A DNA stretch of 64,000 bases, taken from NCBI GenBank assembly GCA_963761055.1, contig CAVXFO010000008.1, positions 1,470-65,469 on the forward strand. Direction: 5' to 3'. Positions within the stretch are counted from its first letter, which is position 1; each line of letters opens with the position of its first letter. Shown here piece by piece: positions 23,120-33,884 of this stretch. The position numbers were made by a program, and so were the translations under genes. Source of the stretch: an uncultured Actinomycetes bacterium. GTDB lineage: Bacteria > Actinomycetota > Acidimicrobiia > IMCC26256 > PALSA-610. The notes below the pieces were generated by a model. The model did not search any database, was not told the origin of the DNA, and saw only the letters and a program-made list of their open reading frames with translations.

Positions 23120-23240
23120 CCCTCTCCCATCCGGACTCTCACCGTCGGCCCAGGAGTTTCACCTGGTCGGCGCACCGCCGGCTGCGGAGCGTTCGCGGGC
23201 TGTACCGCCGGTCGGGAATTACACCCAACCCCGAGGGCTT
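23120..23240 (-). ncRNA. FMN riboswitch (RFN element)
   Basis: Minus strand GGGGTTGGGTGTAATTCCCGACCGGCGGTACAGCCCGCGA...GACCAGGTGAAACTCCTGGGCCGACGGTGAGAGTCCGGATGGGAGA upstream of ribD. Confidence 0.95.
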
Positions 23241-23340
23241 CAGTTGTCAGTTCCGTTGCAGAGTACCGTCGCCCGGAAGGAATTGCAACGCGTTCTATTT
23301 TTGCGGAAGGGGTCGAGAAGACCGATTCGGCGCGGCCGAC

Positions 23341-23823
23341 TCAGTGAGGCCTGCCGCCGGCGAGCAGGTCGAGGGCATGGGGCACGACACCCAGCAGGAC
23401 CTCGAGACCCTCGGTCGCTCCGCTCGACGAGCCCGGCAGGTTGCATATGAGGGCCCGGCCCCGGGTCCCTGCGACCGCCCGGGAGAGCATCCCGAAGCCC
23501 CGGCCGCCGGCGTCACTCACCCGCCGGATCGCCTCGACGATCCCGGGCGCTTCCCGTTCGATGACATCACGGGTTCCTTCCGGCGTCAGATCACGCGGCC
23601 CGAACCCGGTACCGCCCGTCGTCACGATCAGCCCGGCGAAACCCTCGGCGAGCTCGGTGAGCGCGGCCGCGACCGCGTCGGTACCGTCGCTCGTCACCCG
23701 GTGCGCCGCGACGTCGTAGCCGGCCGCGGCGAGCGCCTCGACCAGCGCCCGCCCGCTCTTGTCGTCGCGCGTCCCGCCCGCGACCCCGTCCGAGACCGTC
23801 AACACCTTCGCCGCGAGCGTCAC
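23341..23823 (-). CDS. MogA/MoaB-family molybdenum cofactor protein
   Basis: LTVSD, DDKSG, TTGGTGFGPRDLTPE and NLPGS. Confidence 0.92.
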   Translation of the reverse strand: MTLAAKVLTVSDGVAGGTRDDKSGRALVEALAAAGYDVAAHRVTSDGTDAVAAALTELAEGFAGLIVTTGGTGFGPRDLTPEGTRDVIEREAPGIVEAIRRVSDAGGRGFGMLSRAVAGTRGRALICNLPGSSSGATEGLEVLLGVVPHALDLLAGGRPH

Positions 23824-23836
23824 CGCGCCACCGTCC

Positions 23837-23898
23837 TTGCAAACAGATTGCAAGGATTGGGGTCGCAGAACGACGGGATCTTTGCAAACTGTTTGCGG
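23837..23898. repeat. 62-bp palindromic interspersed element, copy B
   Basis: TTGCAAACAGATTGCAAGGATT-N18-GATCTTTGCAAACTGTTTGCGG in the rpe-mog junction. Confidence 0.9.
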
Positions 23899-23905
23899 GG
23901 AGGGG

Positions 23906-24551
23906 TCACGAGTGGGCGGCGCGGATGGCGCGGGCGGCCGCGGCGGGGTCGTCGGCGCCGAAGATCCCCGTCCCGGCGACGAGGATGTCGACGCCCGCAT
24001 CGACGGCGAGGTGGGCGTTGTCGATCTTGATCCCGCCGTCGATCTCGATCTCGACCGGCAGCGTGCGCGCGTCGATCGCAGCCCGCGCCGCGCGCACCTT
24101 GTCGAGCACCTCGGGAATGAACGGTTGGCCACCGAAGCCGGTGTGGACACTCATCACGAGCAGAAGATCGATCTCGGTGAGATACGGCTCGACCGCGGCA
24201 AACGGGGTGCCCGGTTCGAACGAGAGCCCGACGCGCATCCCGAGCGCCGCGGATCTCGTCGAACAAGAGCCGCGGGTCGCCGAGCTCGATGTGGACCGTG
24301 CATCCGTCGGCACCGGCGTCGGCGAAGGCTGCGAGCAACACGCCCGGGTTGTCGACCATGAGATGACAGTCGAGGAACAGGTCGGTGTGCTTGCGCAGTG
24401 CCTTCACGACCGGCGGACCGATGGTGAGGTTCGGAACGTAGTGGCCATCCATGCAGTCGACGTGGAGGAGATCGGCGACATCGGCCACGCGCGCCACGTC
24501 GGCCGCGAGGTTCGCAAAGTCGGCGGCCAGGATCGAGGGCGCGATCTTCAT
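23906..24551 (-). CDS. rpe: ribulose-phosphate 3-epimerase, frameshifted near 24255
   Basis: IAPSILAADF, HVDCMDGHYVPN, MSVHTGFGGQ and IEIDGG. Confidence 0.95.
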
Positions 24552-24561
24552 ACGGCGGAGG

Positions 24562-25881
24562 CTAGGTGACGCGGCGGGTAAGGCCGAGTACGAACATGCC
24601 GTCGGTCCGGGCGTCGGACGGCAGTAGGATCGCTCCCCGCCCGTACCGGCGCCAGGGCGCGGGCGGCGCGGCCTCGGCGACGAACTCGGGAAGCCCGGTC
24701 GTGGCCCAGGTGTCGATGTCGAGCGTCTCTTCCCGCGACAGCGTGCACACCGCGTAGACGAGCCTGCCTCCGGGCTTCACTGCGCGCGCGGCCGCCTCGA
24801 GGAGCACGCGTTGCAACGCCGAGAGGTCGCGCACGTCGTTCGGTTGTACGCGCCAGCGCGCGTCGGGGACGGCGGCGGAGCACACCGAGCCCGCTGCAGG
24901 GCGCGTCGAGGAGCACCCGGTCGAAGGCGCCGTCGCGAACCGGTGGGTGCCGACCATCGGCGACGAGCGTCGTGACCGTCGATTCGAGACCGATGCGGCG
25001 CGCGGCTCGCTGCACCGTGCGCACCCGGCCCGGGTGCAGGTCGGCGGCGACGACGACACCCTCGCCGCGCATGCGCTCGGCCGCGGCCGTCGCCTTGCCG
25101 CCCGGCGCGGACGCGAGGTCGAGCACGCGGTCGCCCGGCTGGGGATCAAGGGCGGCGACGATCGCCTGACTGGCCTGGTCCTGGGGCGTCGCCCGCCCTT
25201 GCGCGATCGCGGGCAGCGCCGCGAGGTCGCCCGTGTGCCGCAACAGCAACGCGCCGGGAACGAGCGTTCCGGATTCGACTTCGACGCCCGCCGCGTGCAG
25301 CTCCGCGGTCAGCTCTGAGGGCGTCGTGCGGAGCGGGTTGACGCGCAGGGTCACGGGCGGCGGCAGGTTGTCGAGGTCGAGGGTGGCCACAGCCGCCTCG
25401 GCGCCGAACGACTGGATGAACATGCGGACGATCCAGTCGGGGTGCGACGTCCGTACCGCCACCGAGGCCACGTCGCTGCCCGCCGGGAGCGAAAAGGGTG
25501 GACCGGTGCGCGCCAGTCGCGTAGCACACCGTTCGCGAAACCGCGGGCGCGAGGGTCGACGACCTCGACCGTCTCGCCGACGGCGGCGTGCGCGGGGACT
25601 CCGATGAGGAGTTGGTACGCGCCGAGTCGGAGCGCCGCCCGCACCGGTGGATCGAGCGACGCGATACCCCGATTCGAAACTCGCGACAACAGCTCGTCGA
25701 GCGCGCGCTGCATGCGCACCGTTCCATAGACCAGGTCGGTGACCAGCGCACGATCGCGCGGCTCGAGGGCCGAGTCGCGCAGCGTGCGGGGCAGGAGGAT
25801 GTGGGCGAACGCGCCGTCTTCGACGCGCAAGAGCACGTCGAGCGCGATCCGACGCGAGGAAGTCGCGCGAACTTCGGTCAT
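24562..25881 (-). CDS. rsmB: 16S rRNA m5C methyltransferase (RsmB/Sun), frameshifted
   Basis: NusB-like N-terminus, QDQASQ, DLASAPGGKA, DAPCSGLG and YAVCTL. Confidence 0.92.
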
Positions 25882-25908
25882 GGGCTCGTATCGCTCACGC
25901 CGGCGCCC

Positions 25909-26812
25909 TCATGTGGCATCGACCCGGGCATCGCTCCGCAGACCGGCCAGCCACGCGCCCGCATCCATCACCCGTTTGCCTTCGGGCTGGACCTCTTCCA
26001 GCACCAGTACGCCCCGCGCGGTGCCGAGGTGGCCGGTGCGCGCGAACGATCCGAGGCTGACGGGTTCGGGGTCGTCGGTCGCGCGCGGCGCGCCACACCT
26101 TGACTCTCCGCCCGTCGACACGGAACCACGCACCCGGCCGAGGATTTCCGGCGCGCACCAGCCGTTCGAGATCGGACGCGGCGGCCGCGGGATCGAGGCG
26201 GAACTCATCGACGGTGAGCTTGTCGGCGTAGGTCGGCTCGCCCGTTTGCGGTTCGGGCACGGTGTCGGGGACCGCCGGCAAGTGGGTACGCAAGAGCTCG
26301 GTGCCGGCGACGACGAGGCGAGCGTGCAACTGACCCGCCGTGTCGGCCGCTCCGATCGGGACACGTACGCGAGCGAAGACCGGGCCCGTGTCGAGCCCGG
26401 CTTCGATCTGCATCAAGTCGACGCCGGTCTCCGGATCGCCGGCGAGAATCGCCCGTTCGACCGGCGCCGCGCCTCGCCAGCGCGGCAGCAGCGAGAAGTG
26501 CAGGTTGACGAACCCGAGCGGGAGCGTCTCGAGCAGAGCGACGGGAAGAAGTTGACCGAACGCGACGACAACCCCCAACTGCGCGCCGGTGTCGCGCACC
26601 TCGTCGACCACCTCGCGCGCTTTCACCGGTGTGACCGTATGGAGGCCGAGCTCCGTCGCCGCCACCTTCACGGGGGTGGGGTCGGAGCCGGCACCGCGGC
26701 CACGGCGACGGTCGGGCTGGGTGACGACGAGCGCGACATCGTGGCCGTCGGCGACCAGAGCCCGCAGCGGCGGGACGGCGTCGACCGGGGTGCCGAGGTA
26801 GACGATGCGCAC
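25909..26812 (-). CDS. fmt: methionyl-tRNA formyltransferase, frameshifted near 26085
   Basis: YLGTP, VTQPDRRRGRG and NLHFSLLPRWRGAAP. Confidence 0.95.
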
Positions 26813-26838
26813 CGAGTCGACGCTCTGCGTTCTCGAAC

Positions 26839-27375
26839 TCAGAGCGCGTGGGTGCGGCCGCCGGGCGTCCGCACTCCCATGCCTTGCTCGCGCAGCTCCC
26901 GCATCGCGAGCTTGCGCTGGTCGGCGTCGAGCCGGTCGAGCATCAGCACGCCGTCGAGGTGGTCGATCTCGTGCAGGAAGACCCGGCCGAGGAGCTCGTC
27001 GCCCTCGATCACCACCTCGTTGCCATCGAGGTCGATTCCCTTCACGGTGACGAGCTTGGGCCGCACGATGTCGAACGCGAGACCCGGCAGCGAAAGGCAA
27101 CCCTCTTCGTACTCCCATTCCCCCGTCGCTTCGACGATCTGCGGATTGAGGAGCACGTGCGGGCCGGTCTCGTCGGGGATCTCGTACACGAAAAAGCGCT
27201 TCTGCACCCCGACCTGGGGCGCGGCGAGACCGACGCCGGGCGCGTCGTGCATGGTCTCGTACATGGCATCGACGAGCTTGGCCAGACCACCGTCGATGTC
27301 GGTGACCTCGGCGGTCGGTCGCTTCAGGACCGGATCCCCGAAAACCCGGATCGTGTGAGTCGCCACGGCGGGCAT
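26839..27375 (-). CDS. def: peptide deformylase
   Basis: GVGLAAPQVG, EGCLS and HEIDH motifs. Confidence 0.97.
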   Translation of the reverse strand: MPAVATHTIRVFGDPVLKRPTAEVTDIDGGLAKLVDAMYETMHDAPGVGLAAPQVGVQKRFFVYEIPDETGPHVLLNPQIVEATGEWEYEEGCLSLPGLAFDIVRPKLVTVKGIDLDGNEVVIEGDELLGRVFLHEIDHLDGVLMLDRLDADQRKLAMRELREQGMGVRTPGGRTHAL

Positions 27376-27428
27376 GGTAGCGGCGGGCGTTTCGCCCCCG
27401 GACCCCGGGGGCCTGCGCCGGCGGCCGG

Positions 27429-29177
27429 CTACACGCGGGGCGGATCGACGACCGCGCGCACGCGGCCGTGGGCTCGCCCGACCGGAAGGCTCGTCGCCAA
27501 CGCGTCGGCCAAACACTCCCAGTCGGGACCGTGGACCAGCGCGCGCCCGTCGGCCGGACCGAACACCTGCACGTCACCCGAGGCGCGCAGTACGTCGAGC
27601 GTCATGCCGAGTGGCTCGTCGGCGCCCGACAGTTCGGCGAGCGCGCCGAACGGCGGATACGCGAGCGTGTGCCGGTATTCGATCTCGGCGTCGGAGACCG
27701 GGGCGGGATCGCCGTGGGCCATCGCCTGTACGACCACATGATCGGGGATACGTGTCTGCACGAGCAGCAGCGACTCGCGCCGGGGCCGGCTCGCGAGCAA
27801 CTGCGCGCCGCGGGTCAACAGCCAATGCGCCTGGGCCGCGGCCCGGTAGCGCGGCGCGAGTAGCTCCTGGTCGAGATCGAGATACGCGACGAGCGCAGGC
27901 CTTCGCCGGCGGACCGCCGTGCGGTGCAGCACGGCTTCGGTGCCGATCACGATGTCGGAGTCGGGGATCTCGACGGTTGCGCTGTCGACCTCGGCGACGC
28001 GTGCGGCGGGCACGAGCGCCTCGAGCTCTTCGCGCACCCGAGTGACGCCCGAGCGCAGTACCTTGAGCTTCGTGGCGCCGCACTCCGGGCACACGAGCGG
28101 TCGTTCATCCGGCTTGTCCCAACGCAAGAGGTGCTGGCACGACGCGCACACGAGGAGCCGGAAGCGGCCGCGCCGGTTCAGGACACAGACCGCGAGCCCA
28201 CCGGCGTGATGCAACGCCGTTGCCAGCGCTTCCGACAACAGGCCCGAGCCGGGCGGTTCCTCGCGCCGGTCGACCACCCGGACGCGCGGCCACCCGCCGG
28301 CCTCGACGTCGGGAGCGGGCCGTTCGACGGGGTACGTGCCGCCCGCGGCGCCGGCGACGAACCCGGCCGCGACCAAGGCCTCGACGGTCGGCACGGGCGA
28401 GCACACCGCGAACGACGCTCCCGCACGCCGCGCCCGTTCGGCCAGGACGTCCCGCGCGTGCCAGGTCGGCGATCGCTCCTCCTGCAAGGCCTCGTCGGCA
28501 TCGTCGACGACGATCGCGGCCGCGAGATCGGGAACGGGGGCGAGCGCGGCGATCCGGCCGCCGACGACGATGCACCCGCCCTGCGCGGCCCGGCGCCAGC
28601 TCTGTGTGCGCGCCGCGTCGGCCTCGAACGAATGCATGATCGCGATCGGAAGCCCTTGCGCCGACAGGTACGACGCGAGCGCGCGGGAACGGCCCGCGTC
28701 GGCGACGCACACGATCGTCGAGCCCGACTCCGCGCACAGATCCGCGACCTGTGCCCTCCGATCGAGCAGCGGCGGCTGACGGAGCACCCGGATAGTCGAC
28801 GCGGCCGGATCGCGGGCTGCTTCCCGCTCGGCGACGGCCACGACCGTGTCGGGGGCCACCCGGTTCGGGGCGGACGCGGAACGAAGGACGGCCGCCCGGG
28901 GGCCGGACCACCGCCACGCGATCCACTCCGAGAGCGCGACCACCGCGGGCGCCGGACCCGCCGACACCACCGCGACGACGTCGAGCAGCTTCGACGCGTT
29001 CGTCTCCGCCTCGACGCCGTCGGCGATGACCCACCCGCGCACGCGCCGTCCGTGCAACGGGACGCGAACGATCGCTCCCACTCGGACCGACGCGCCGAGC
29101 GCGTCGGGAACCGAGTAGTCGAAGGCGCGATCGACGGCGGTGACGTCCGGCAGAACGCGACAGACGCGACCGCTCAC
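27429..29177 (-). CDS. priA: primosomal protein N' (degenerate helicase motifs)
   Basis: N-terminal FDYSVP...VRVPLHGRRVRGW, QEERSPTWHARDV, LNRRG and YPPF; metK-priA-def synteny. Confidence 0.88.
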   Translation of the reverse strand: MSGRVCRVLPDVTAVDRAFDYSVPDALGASVRVGAIVRVPLHGRRVRGWVIADGVEAETNASKLLDVVAVVSAGPAPAVVALSEWIAWRWSGPRAAVLRSASAPNRVAPDTVVAVAEREAARDPAASTIRVLRQPPLLDRRAQVADLCAESGSTIVCVADAGRSRALASYLSAQGLPIAIMHSFEADAARTQSWRRAAQGGCIVVGGRIAALAPVPDLAAAIVVDDADEALQEERSPTWHARDVLAERARRAGASFAVCSPVPTVEALVAAGFVAGAAGGTYPVERPAPDVEAGGWPRVRVVDRREEPPGSGLLSEALATALHHAGGLAVCVLNRRGRFRLLVCASCQHLLRWDKPDERPLVCPECGATKLKVLRSGVTRVREELEALVPAARVAEVDSATVEIPDSDIVIGTEAVLHRTAVRRRRPALVAYLDLDQELLAPRYRAAAQAHWLLTRGAQLLASRPRRESLLLVQTRIPDHVVVQAMAHGDPAPVSDAEIEYRHTLAYPPFGALAELSGADEPLGMTLDVLRASGDVQVFGPADGRALVHGPDWECLADALATSLPVGRAHGRVRAVVDPPRV

Positions 29178-29205
29178 GACATGGCGGGCAGTTGAACTCG
29201 CGCGA

Positions 29206-30396
29206 CTAGCCGACGGCCCGACGCAATTCGTCCGCGTAGGGCGTCGTGTTCTCCCACGTGAAGCCGTCACCCTCGGTGCGACCGAAGTGGCCGTAGGCCG
29301 CGGTGCGCTTGAAGATCGGACGGCGAAGGTCGAGGCGGTCGATGATCGCCGCGGGTCGCATGTCGAACACCTCGCGTACGGCCGCCTCCAGCGCCTCGTC
29401 CGCGACCGTGCCGGTACCAAACGTGTCGACCATGATCGACACCGGGTGCGCGACACCGATCGCGTACGCGACTTGTGCTTCACAGCGCTTGGCCAGACCG
29501 GCGGCGACGACCGCCTTCGCGATCTGGCGCACGGCGTACACGGCCGAGCGGTCGACCTTGGTCGGGTCCTTGCCCGAGAACGCGCCGCCACCGTGACGGG
29601 CCATGCCGCCGTAGGTGTCGACGATGATCTTGCGCCCGGTGAGACCGCAGTCGGCGTGCGGGCCACCGAGCTCGAAGTTGCCCGTCGGGTTGACGAACAC
29701 GTCGAAGTCGTCGTTCGCGAACTGCTCGGGGAGCGACGGCCGGATGACGTGCTCGATCAGTTCGGGCTTCATCTTGGCGGTGATGTCGATGCCGGGGCCG
29801 TGTTGGGTGGAGATCAACACCGTTTCGAGGCGAATGGGGACACCATTTTCGTACTCGACGGAGACCTGGGTCTTGCCGTCGGGGCGAAGGTAGTCGAGGA
29901 TCTTTTCCTTGCGGACCTGCGTGAGCCGGCGGGCCAGCTTGTGCGCGAGCCAGATCGGTATCGGCATGAGATCCGGGGTGTCGTCGCATGCGTACCCGAA
30001 CATCATGCCCTGGTCCCCGGCGCCGACTTCGTCGTAGAGGTCGCCGCCGCCGGCGCGTTGCTCGTACGCCTTGTCGACGCCCATGGCGATGTCGGGCGAT
30101 TGTTCGTCGATCGACACGATCACGCCGCAGGTCTTGCCGTCGATGCCGAAGTTGGCGTCGGTGTAACCGATCTCGCAGATCGTGTCGCGTGCGAGGCGGG
30201 AGAAGTCGATGTGCGCGTTGGTACTGATCTCGCCCGCGACCACGCACAGTCCGGTCGTGACGAGCGTCTCGCACGCCACCCGGCCGTAAGGGTCTTCGGT
30301 GAGGACCGCGTCGAGCACGCTGTCGCTGACCTGATCCGACATCTTGTCGGGATGACCCTCGGTCACCGACTCGGACGTGAACGTGTGCTTATTCAA
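29206..30396 (-). CDS. metK: S-adenosylmethionine synthetase
   Basis: [19 protein letters not shown] and GGGAFSGKD. Confidence 0.98.
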   Translation of the reverse strand: MNKHTFTSESVTEGHPDKMSDQVSDSVLDAVLTEDPYGRVACETLVTTGLCVVAGEISTNAHIDFSRLARDTICEIGYTDANFGIDGKTCGVIVSIDEQSPDIAMGVDKAYEQRAGGGDLYDEVGAGDQGMMFGYACDDTPDLMPIPIWLAHKLARRLTQVRKEKILDYLRPDGKTQVSVEYENGVPIRLETVLISTQHGPGIDITAKMKPELIEHVIRPSLPEQFANDDFDVFVNPTGNFELGGPHADCGLTGRKIIVDTYGGMARHGGGAFSGKDPTKVDRSAVYAVRQIAKAVVAAGLAKRCEAQVAYAIGVAHPVSIMVDTFGTGTVADEALEAAVREVFDMRPAAIIDRLDLRRPIFKRTAAYGHFGRTEGDGFTWENTTPYADELRRAVG

Positions 30397-30477
30397 CGAT
30401 CTTCACTCCTCAACCGCATCTTCGGCGCCAACGGAACGCCAGCGCGTGGATCTCGGCGTCTATGGCCAGGGGGCATG

Positions 30478-31681
30478 TTAGAGGGGTGGGGCCACCGAGG
30501 GCCCACCCAGCAGCGCGAGGACGCGTTCGAGGACGACGCCCGCCAGTTGCTCTTTCGTCAGGAGTGGGGTCGCTTCGGAGCTTCCGTCGGCTCCGAGCAG
30601 AAGCGCCCGGTTCGTGTCGACTTCGAACCCCGAGTCGGGCGCACTGACATCGTTTGCGACCATGAGGTCGACCCGTTTGGCGGTCAGCTTCGCGGCTGCA
30701 TGCTCCGCCATCCGCTCGGTCTCCGCCGCGAACCCGACCACGACCTGGTCGGGCCGCTTGGCCGCGCCCAATGCGGCGAGGATGTCGGTCGTTGGCTCGA
30801 GGACGATGTCGGGTACGCCTTCGGCCTTCTTGATCTTCTGGGCGGCTGCGGCTTTGGGCCGGAAATCGGCGACGGCCGCGGCCATGACGACCGCGTCGGC
30901 GCCGGGGAACGAGCGCATGACCGCATCGTGCATCTCCTCCGCGCTCTCCACCCGGACCACGTCCACACGGGTGTCGACCGGCCGGTTCGCCGTGGTTACG
31001 AGCACGACCCGGGCGCCGAGGCGGGCCGCGACGTTCGCCAGCGCGTGGCCCATCTTGCCCGACGATCGGTTCCCGACGAACCGCACCGGGTCGATCGCTT
31101 CGCGGGTGCCGCCGGCGGTGACGACGACGGTCAGGCCGGTCAGCGGGTGGCCGCCGGCGAGGAGGGCGAGCACGCGCTGGGCGATCCGCTCGGGGTCGGC
31201 GAGCCGGCCGGCGCCGGAGTCGCCGCCGGCGAGATGACCCGCGTCGGGCCCTTCGACGTGGACGCCGCGCCGGCGCAGCGTGGCGATGTTCTCCTGGACC
31301 GCGGGGTGCTCCCACATCTCGGTGTGCATGGCCGGGCACACGAGCACCGGGGCTCGGGTGGCGAGCAAGGTCGCGCTGAGCAGGTCGTCGGAGATGCCCG
31401 CGGCGTACTTGCCGAGGAGTCGCGCCGTAGCCGGTACGACGACGATCAGGTCCGCGCTCTGGCCGAGATGCGTGTGCGGAATCGGCTCGGGCCCCGCGAA
31501 CAACGAGGTCCGCCGCGGGCTCGGACGCCAGCGCGGAGAAGGTCAGGGCTCCGACGAAGTGCTGGGCGTCGTCGGTGAGGATCGGGGCCACGTGGGCCCC
31601 CGCGTCGACGAGACGGCGGCAGACCTCGACCGCCTTATACGCGGCGATACCGCCACAGACTCCGAGTACGACCCGAGGCAT
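30478..31681 (-). CDS. coaBC: phosphopantothenoylcysteine decarboxylase/ligase, frameshifted near 31515
   Basis: GGIAAYK, PAMHTEMW, TAGGTREAIDPVRF and VGFAAET. Confidence 0.95.
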
Positions 31682-31713
31682 CGGACGCCGGGGCTCGGTC
31701 CGCCGGAGCTCGG

Positions 31714-32025
31714 TCAGGCCGATGCGTCGGGCGCGGTGTCGACGATCTCGACCGGAGCCTCGGCGTCCGCTTCGGGCTCTTCTACGCGTTCGTACACGAT
31801 CTTGTTGACCGAGATCTCTTCCAGCGCGATCGAGAGCGGCTTGCGGGAGACCGACGTGACCTGCGGGGGCACGATGCGGCCCAGGCCCTCACCGAGCTGG
31901 TTGTAGTAGTCGTTGATCTCTCGGGCCCGCATGGCGGCCAGCGTCACCAGCGTGAACTTCGAATCGACCTTGTTCATGAGCGTCTCGATGCGAGGCTCCA
32001 TGAGCGACGGGCGGCGTTCAGCCAT
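31714..32025 (-). CDS. rpoZ: RNA polymerase omega subunit
   Basis: SKFTLVTLAAMRAREINDYY and KPLSIALEEI. Confidence 0.95.
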   Translation of the reverse strand: MAERRPSLMEPRIETLMNKVDSKFTLVTLAAMRAREINDYYNQLGEGLGRIVPPQVTSVSRKPLSIALEEISVNKIVYERVEEPEADAEAPVEIVDTAPDASA

Positions 32026-32687
32026 CAGGTTCCTTCGGGTTCGCGGCGGGCACTCAGGATAGCAGCGACCTGGCCCGCAGCCCGGTCCACGTCGTCGTTC
32101 ACGACGACGGCGTCGAATTCCTCGGCGCCGGTGCGCTCCTCGGCCTCGGCCCGGGCGAGGCGGCGGTCGATCGACTCCGGGGTCTCGCTCTCCCGCGAAA
32201 CGAGTCGGCGCCGCTGCTCGGCGCGGCTCGGGGCTTGGACGAAGACCAAGAGCGCCTCGGGAAGGGCCCGCTTGACCGCGAGCGCGCCCTGGACGTCGAT
32301 CTCGAGCATCACGTCGTGGCCGCGGTCGAGCTCCCGGCGCACATACCCGATGGGAGTGCCCTTGAGATCGCCGTAGACCTCGAACCACTCGAGGAACCCG
32401 CTGGCGTCGCGCAGGCGCTCGAACTGCTCACGGGTCACGAAGTGGTAGTCGACGCCCTCGATCTCGCCCGCCCGTGGCGCCCGTGTGGTCCACGAGACCG
32501 ACCAGTGCAGCCCCGGGTCGGTCGCCCGCAGGAGGGCGCCGATCGTGCCCTTGCCGGCCCCCGAGGTCCCGGCGAGCACCAAGAGGACGCCCCGACGGGA
32601 AGGCGTCATCTCCGGGGACTGGGCCTCCGGGGACCCATTCTCCGGGGATTGGGCTCCGCCCGGAGCTCGGTCGTCGTCAGCCGACAA
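32025..32687 (-). CDS. gmk: guanylate kinase (start uncertain)
   Basis: GTSGAGKGT P-loop and TTRAPRAGEIEGVDYHF. Confidence 0.95.
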   Translation of the reverse strand: MSADDDRAPGGAQSPENGSPEAQSPEMTPSRRGVLLVLAGTSGAGKGTIGALLRATDPGLHWSVSWTTRAPRAGEIEGVDYHFVTREQFERLRDASGFLEWFEVYGDLKGTPIGYVRRELDRGHDVMLEIDVQGALAVKRALPEALLVFVQAPSRAEQRRRLVSRESETPESIDRRLARAEAEERTGAEEFDAVVVNDDVDRAAGQVAAILSARREPEGT

Positions 32688-33006
32688 ACTTCTCGAGAAG
32701 CGCCCGCCGCTGGTTGGTACCCAGCCCTCGCAGTCGCCGGCTCTCCGAGATCTCGAGCTCCGACATGATGTGGCGGGCCCGCACCTTGCCGACTCCGGGC
32801 AGCGACTCGAGGACGCTCACGACCTTCAACTTGGCGAGCATGTCGCCCGACTCGTCGCCTCGCTCGGCCGCCTCGAACAACTCGCGCAAGGTGAGCGAGC
32901 CGATCTTGAGCTTGTCCTTCACCTCGGCGCGTTGGCGGCGTGCGACCGCCGCCTTTTCGAGCGCGAGCTGACGCTGCTCCGGTGTGAGCGTGGGCGGGTT
33001 CGCCAT
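32677..33006 (-). CDS. mihF: actinobacterial integration host factor
   Basis: LTPEQRQLALEKAAVARRQRAEVK, LESLPGVGKVRA and RRLRGLG. Confidence 0.95.
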   Translation of the reverse strand: MANPPTLTPEQRQLALEKAAVARRQRAEVKDKLKIGSLTLRELFEAAERGDESGDMLAKLKVVSVLESLPGVGKVRARHIMSELEISESRRLRGLGTNQRRALLEKFVG

Positions 33007-33144
33007 GTGATTCCTCCGGCGCGAGTGCGTGATGAGAACGGTTCGATCCGGGAGTTTCAACGTCCCGAATCAGCAGCGGTGCAGCATAGCGACACGGCGC
33101 CGTATCGCAACTGGTCGAGGGCTTGCGCGAGGAGCGATCTCGCG

Positions 33145-33884
33145 TTACTCGTCGGCGAGCGCTCGCGCAACTGCGTCGGAGACTCGCCGCGCCGCGGACG
33201 CGGCGATCGTCGGCGCGGGTGACCGCCCGCCCGACCACGAGGACGTCTCCCCCGAGCCGGGCGACCGCCTCCGGCGTGCCGACGCGCGCTTGATCGTGGA
33301 CGTCGCTGTCGGCGAAGCGCACGCCCGGAACGATCGTCACGAAGTCGCGCTGCCGGGCGTGCACACGCTCGACCTCCAGCGCCGAACAGACCACACCGCC
33401 GCATCCCGCGTCGATCGCGCGCGTGAGTCGTTCGTCGAACGCGCTCGCGTCGGGATCGCTCGTGAGCACTGTCACCGCGATCGGCGTGGGCACCTCGGGG
33501 CCGCGATCACGCGCGCCCTCGAGCAGCCCCTCGACACCCGCGCGCAGCATGTCGACACCACCTGCGGCATGGAAGTTCAAGTAGCGCACACCCTGACGTC
33601 CGAGTACGCGCGCGGCGCGCCCACGGTCGTCGGAATGTCGTGGAGCTTGATGTCGGCGAACACGTCCAGGTCGAGCGAACGCATCCGCGCAATGGCTTCG
33701 GGCCCGGCCGCCGAATACAACTCGAGTCCCACCTTCGCAACGCCGAACCACGGCGCGACCTCCTTGGCGACCTGCTCGGCGGCATCGAGATCGGGGAAGT
33801 CGAGCGCGATCGCCAAACGACTCCGGACATCGTGACTCCCCATATCGTGACTCCATCGCGACTCCCTATTGCGTCTTCAGCCAT
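33145..33884 (-). CDS. pyrF: orotidine-5'-phosphate decarboxylase, frameshifted
   Basis: AIALD, KVGLEL, DIKLHDIPTTV, VPGVR and VVGRAVT. Confidence 0.92.

Noticed and set aside
23281..23306. Fourth copy of the TTGCAA element near the FMN riboswitch
   Set aside because: Only one TTGCAA and no second arm; more likely part of the rib promoter.
30397..30477. SAM riboswitch upstream of metK
   Set aside because: Some pairing potential, but I could not match SAM-I, SAM-IV or SAH consensus elements; an Rfam scan would decide.
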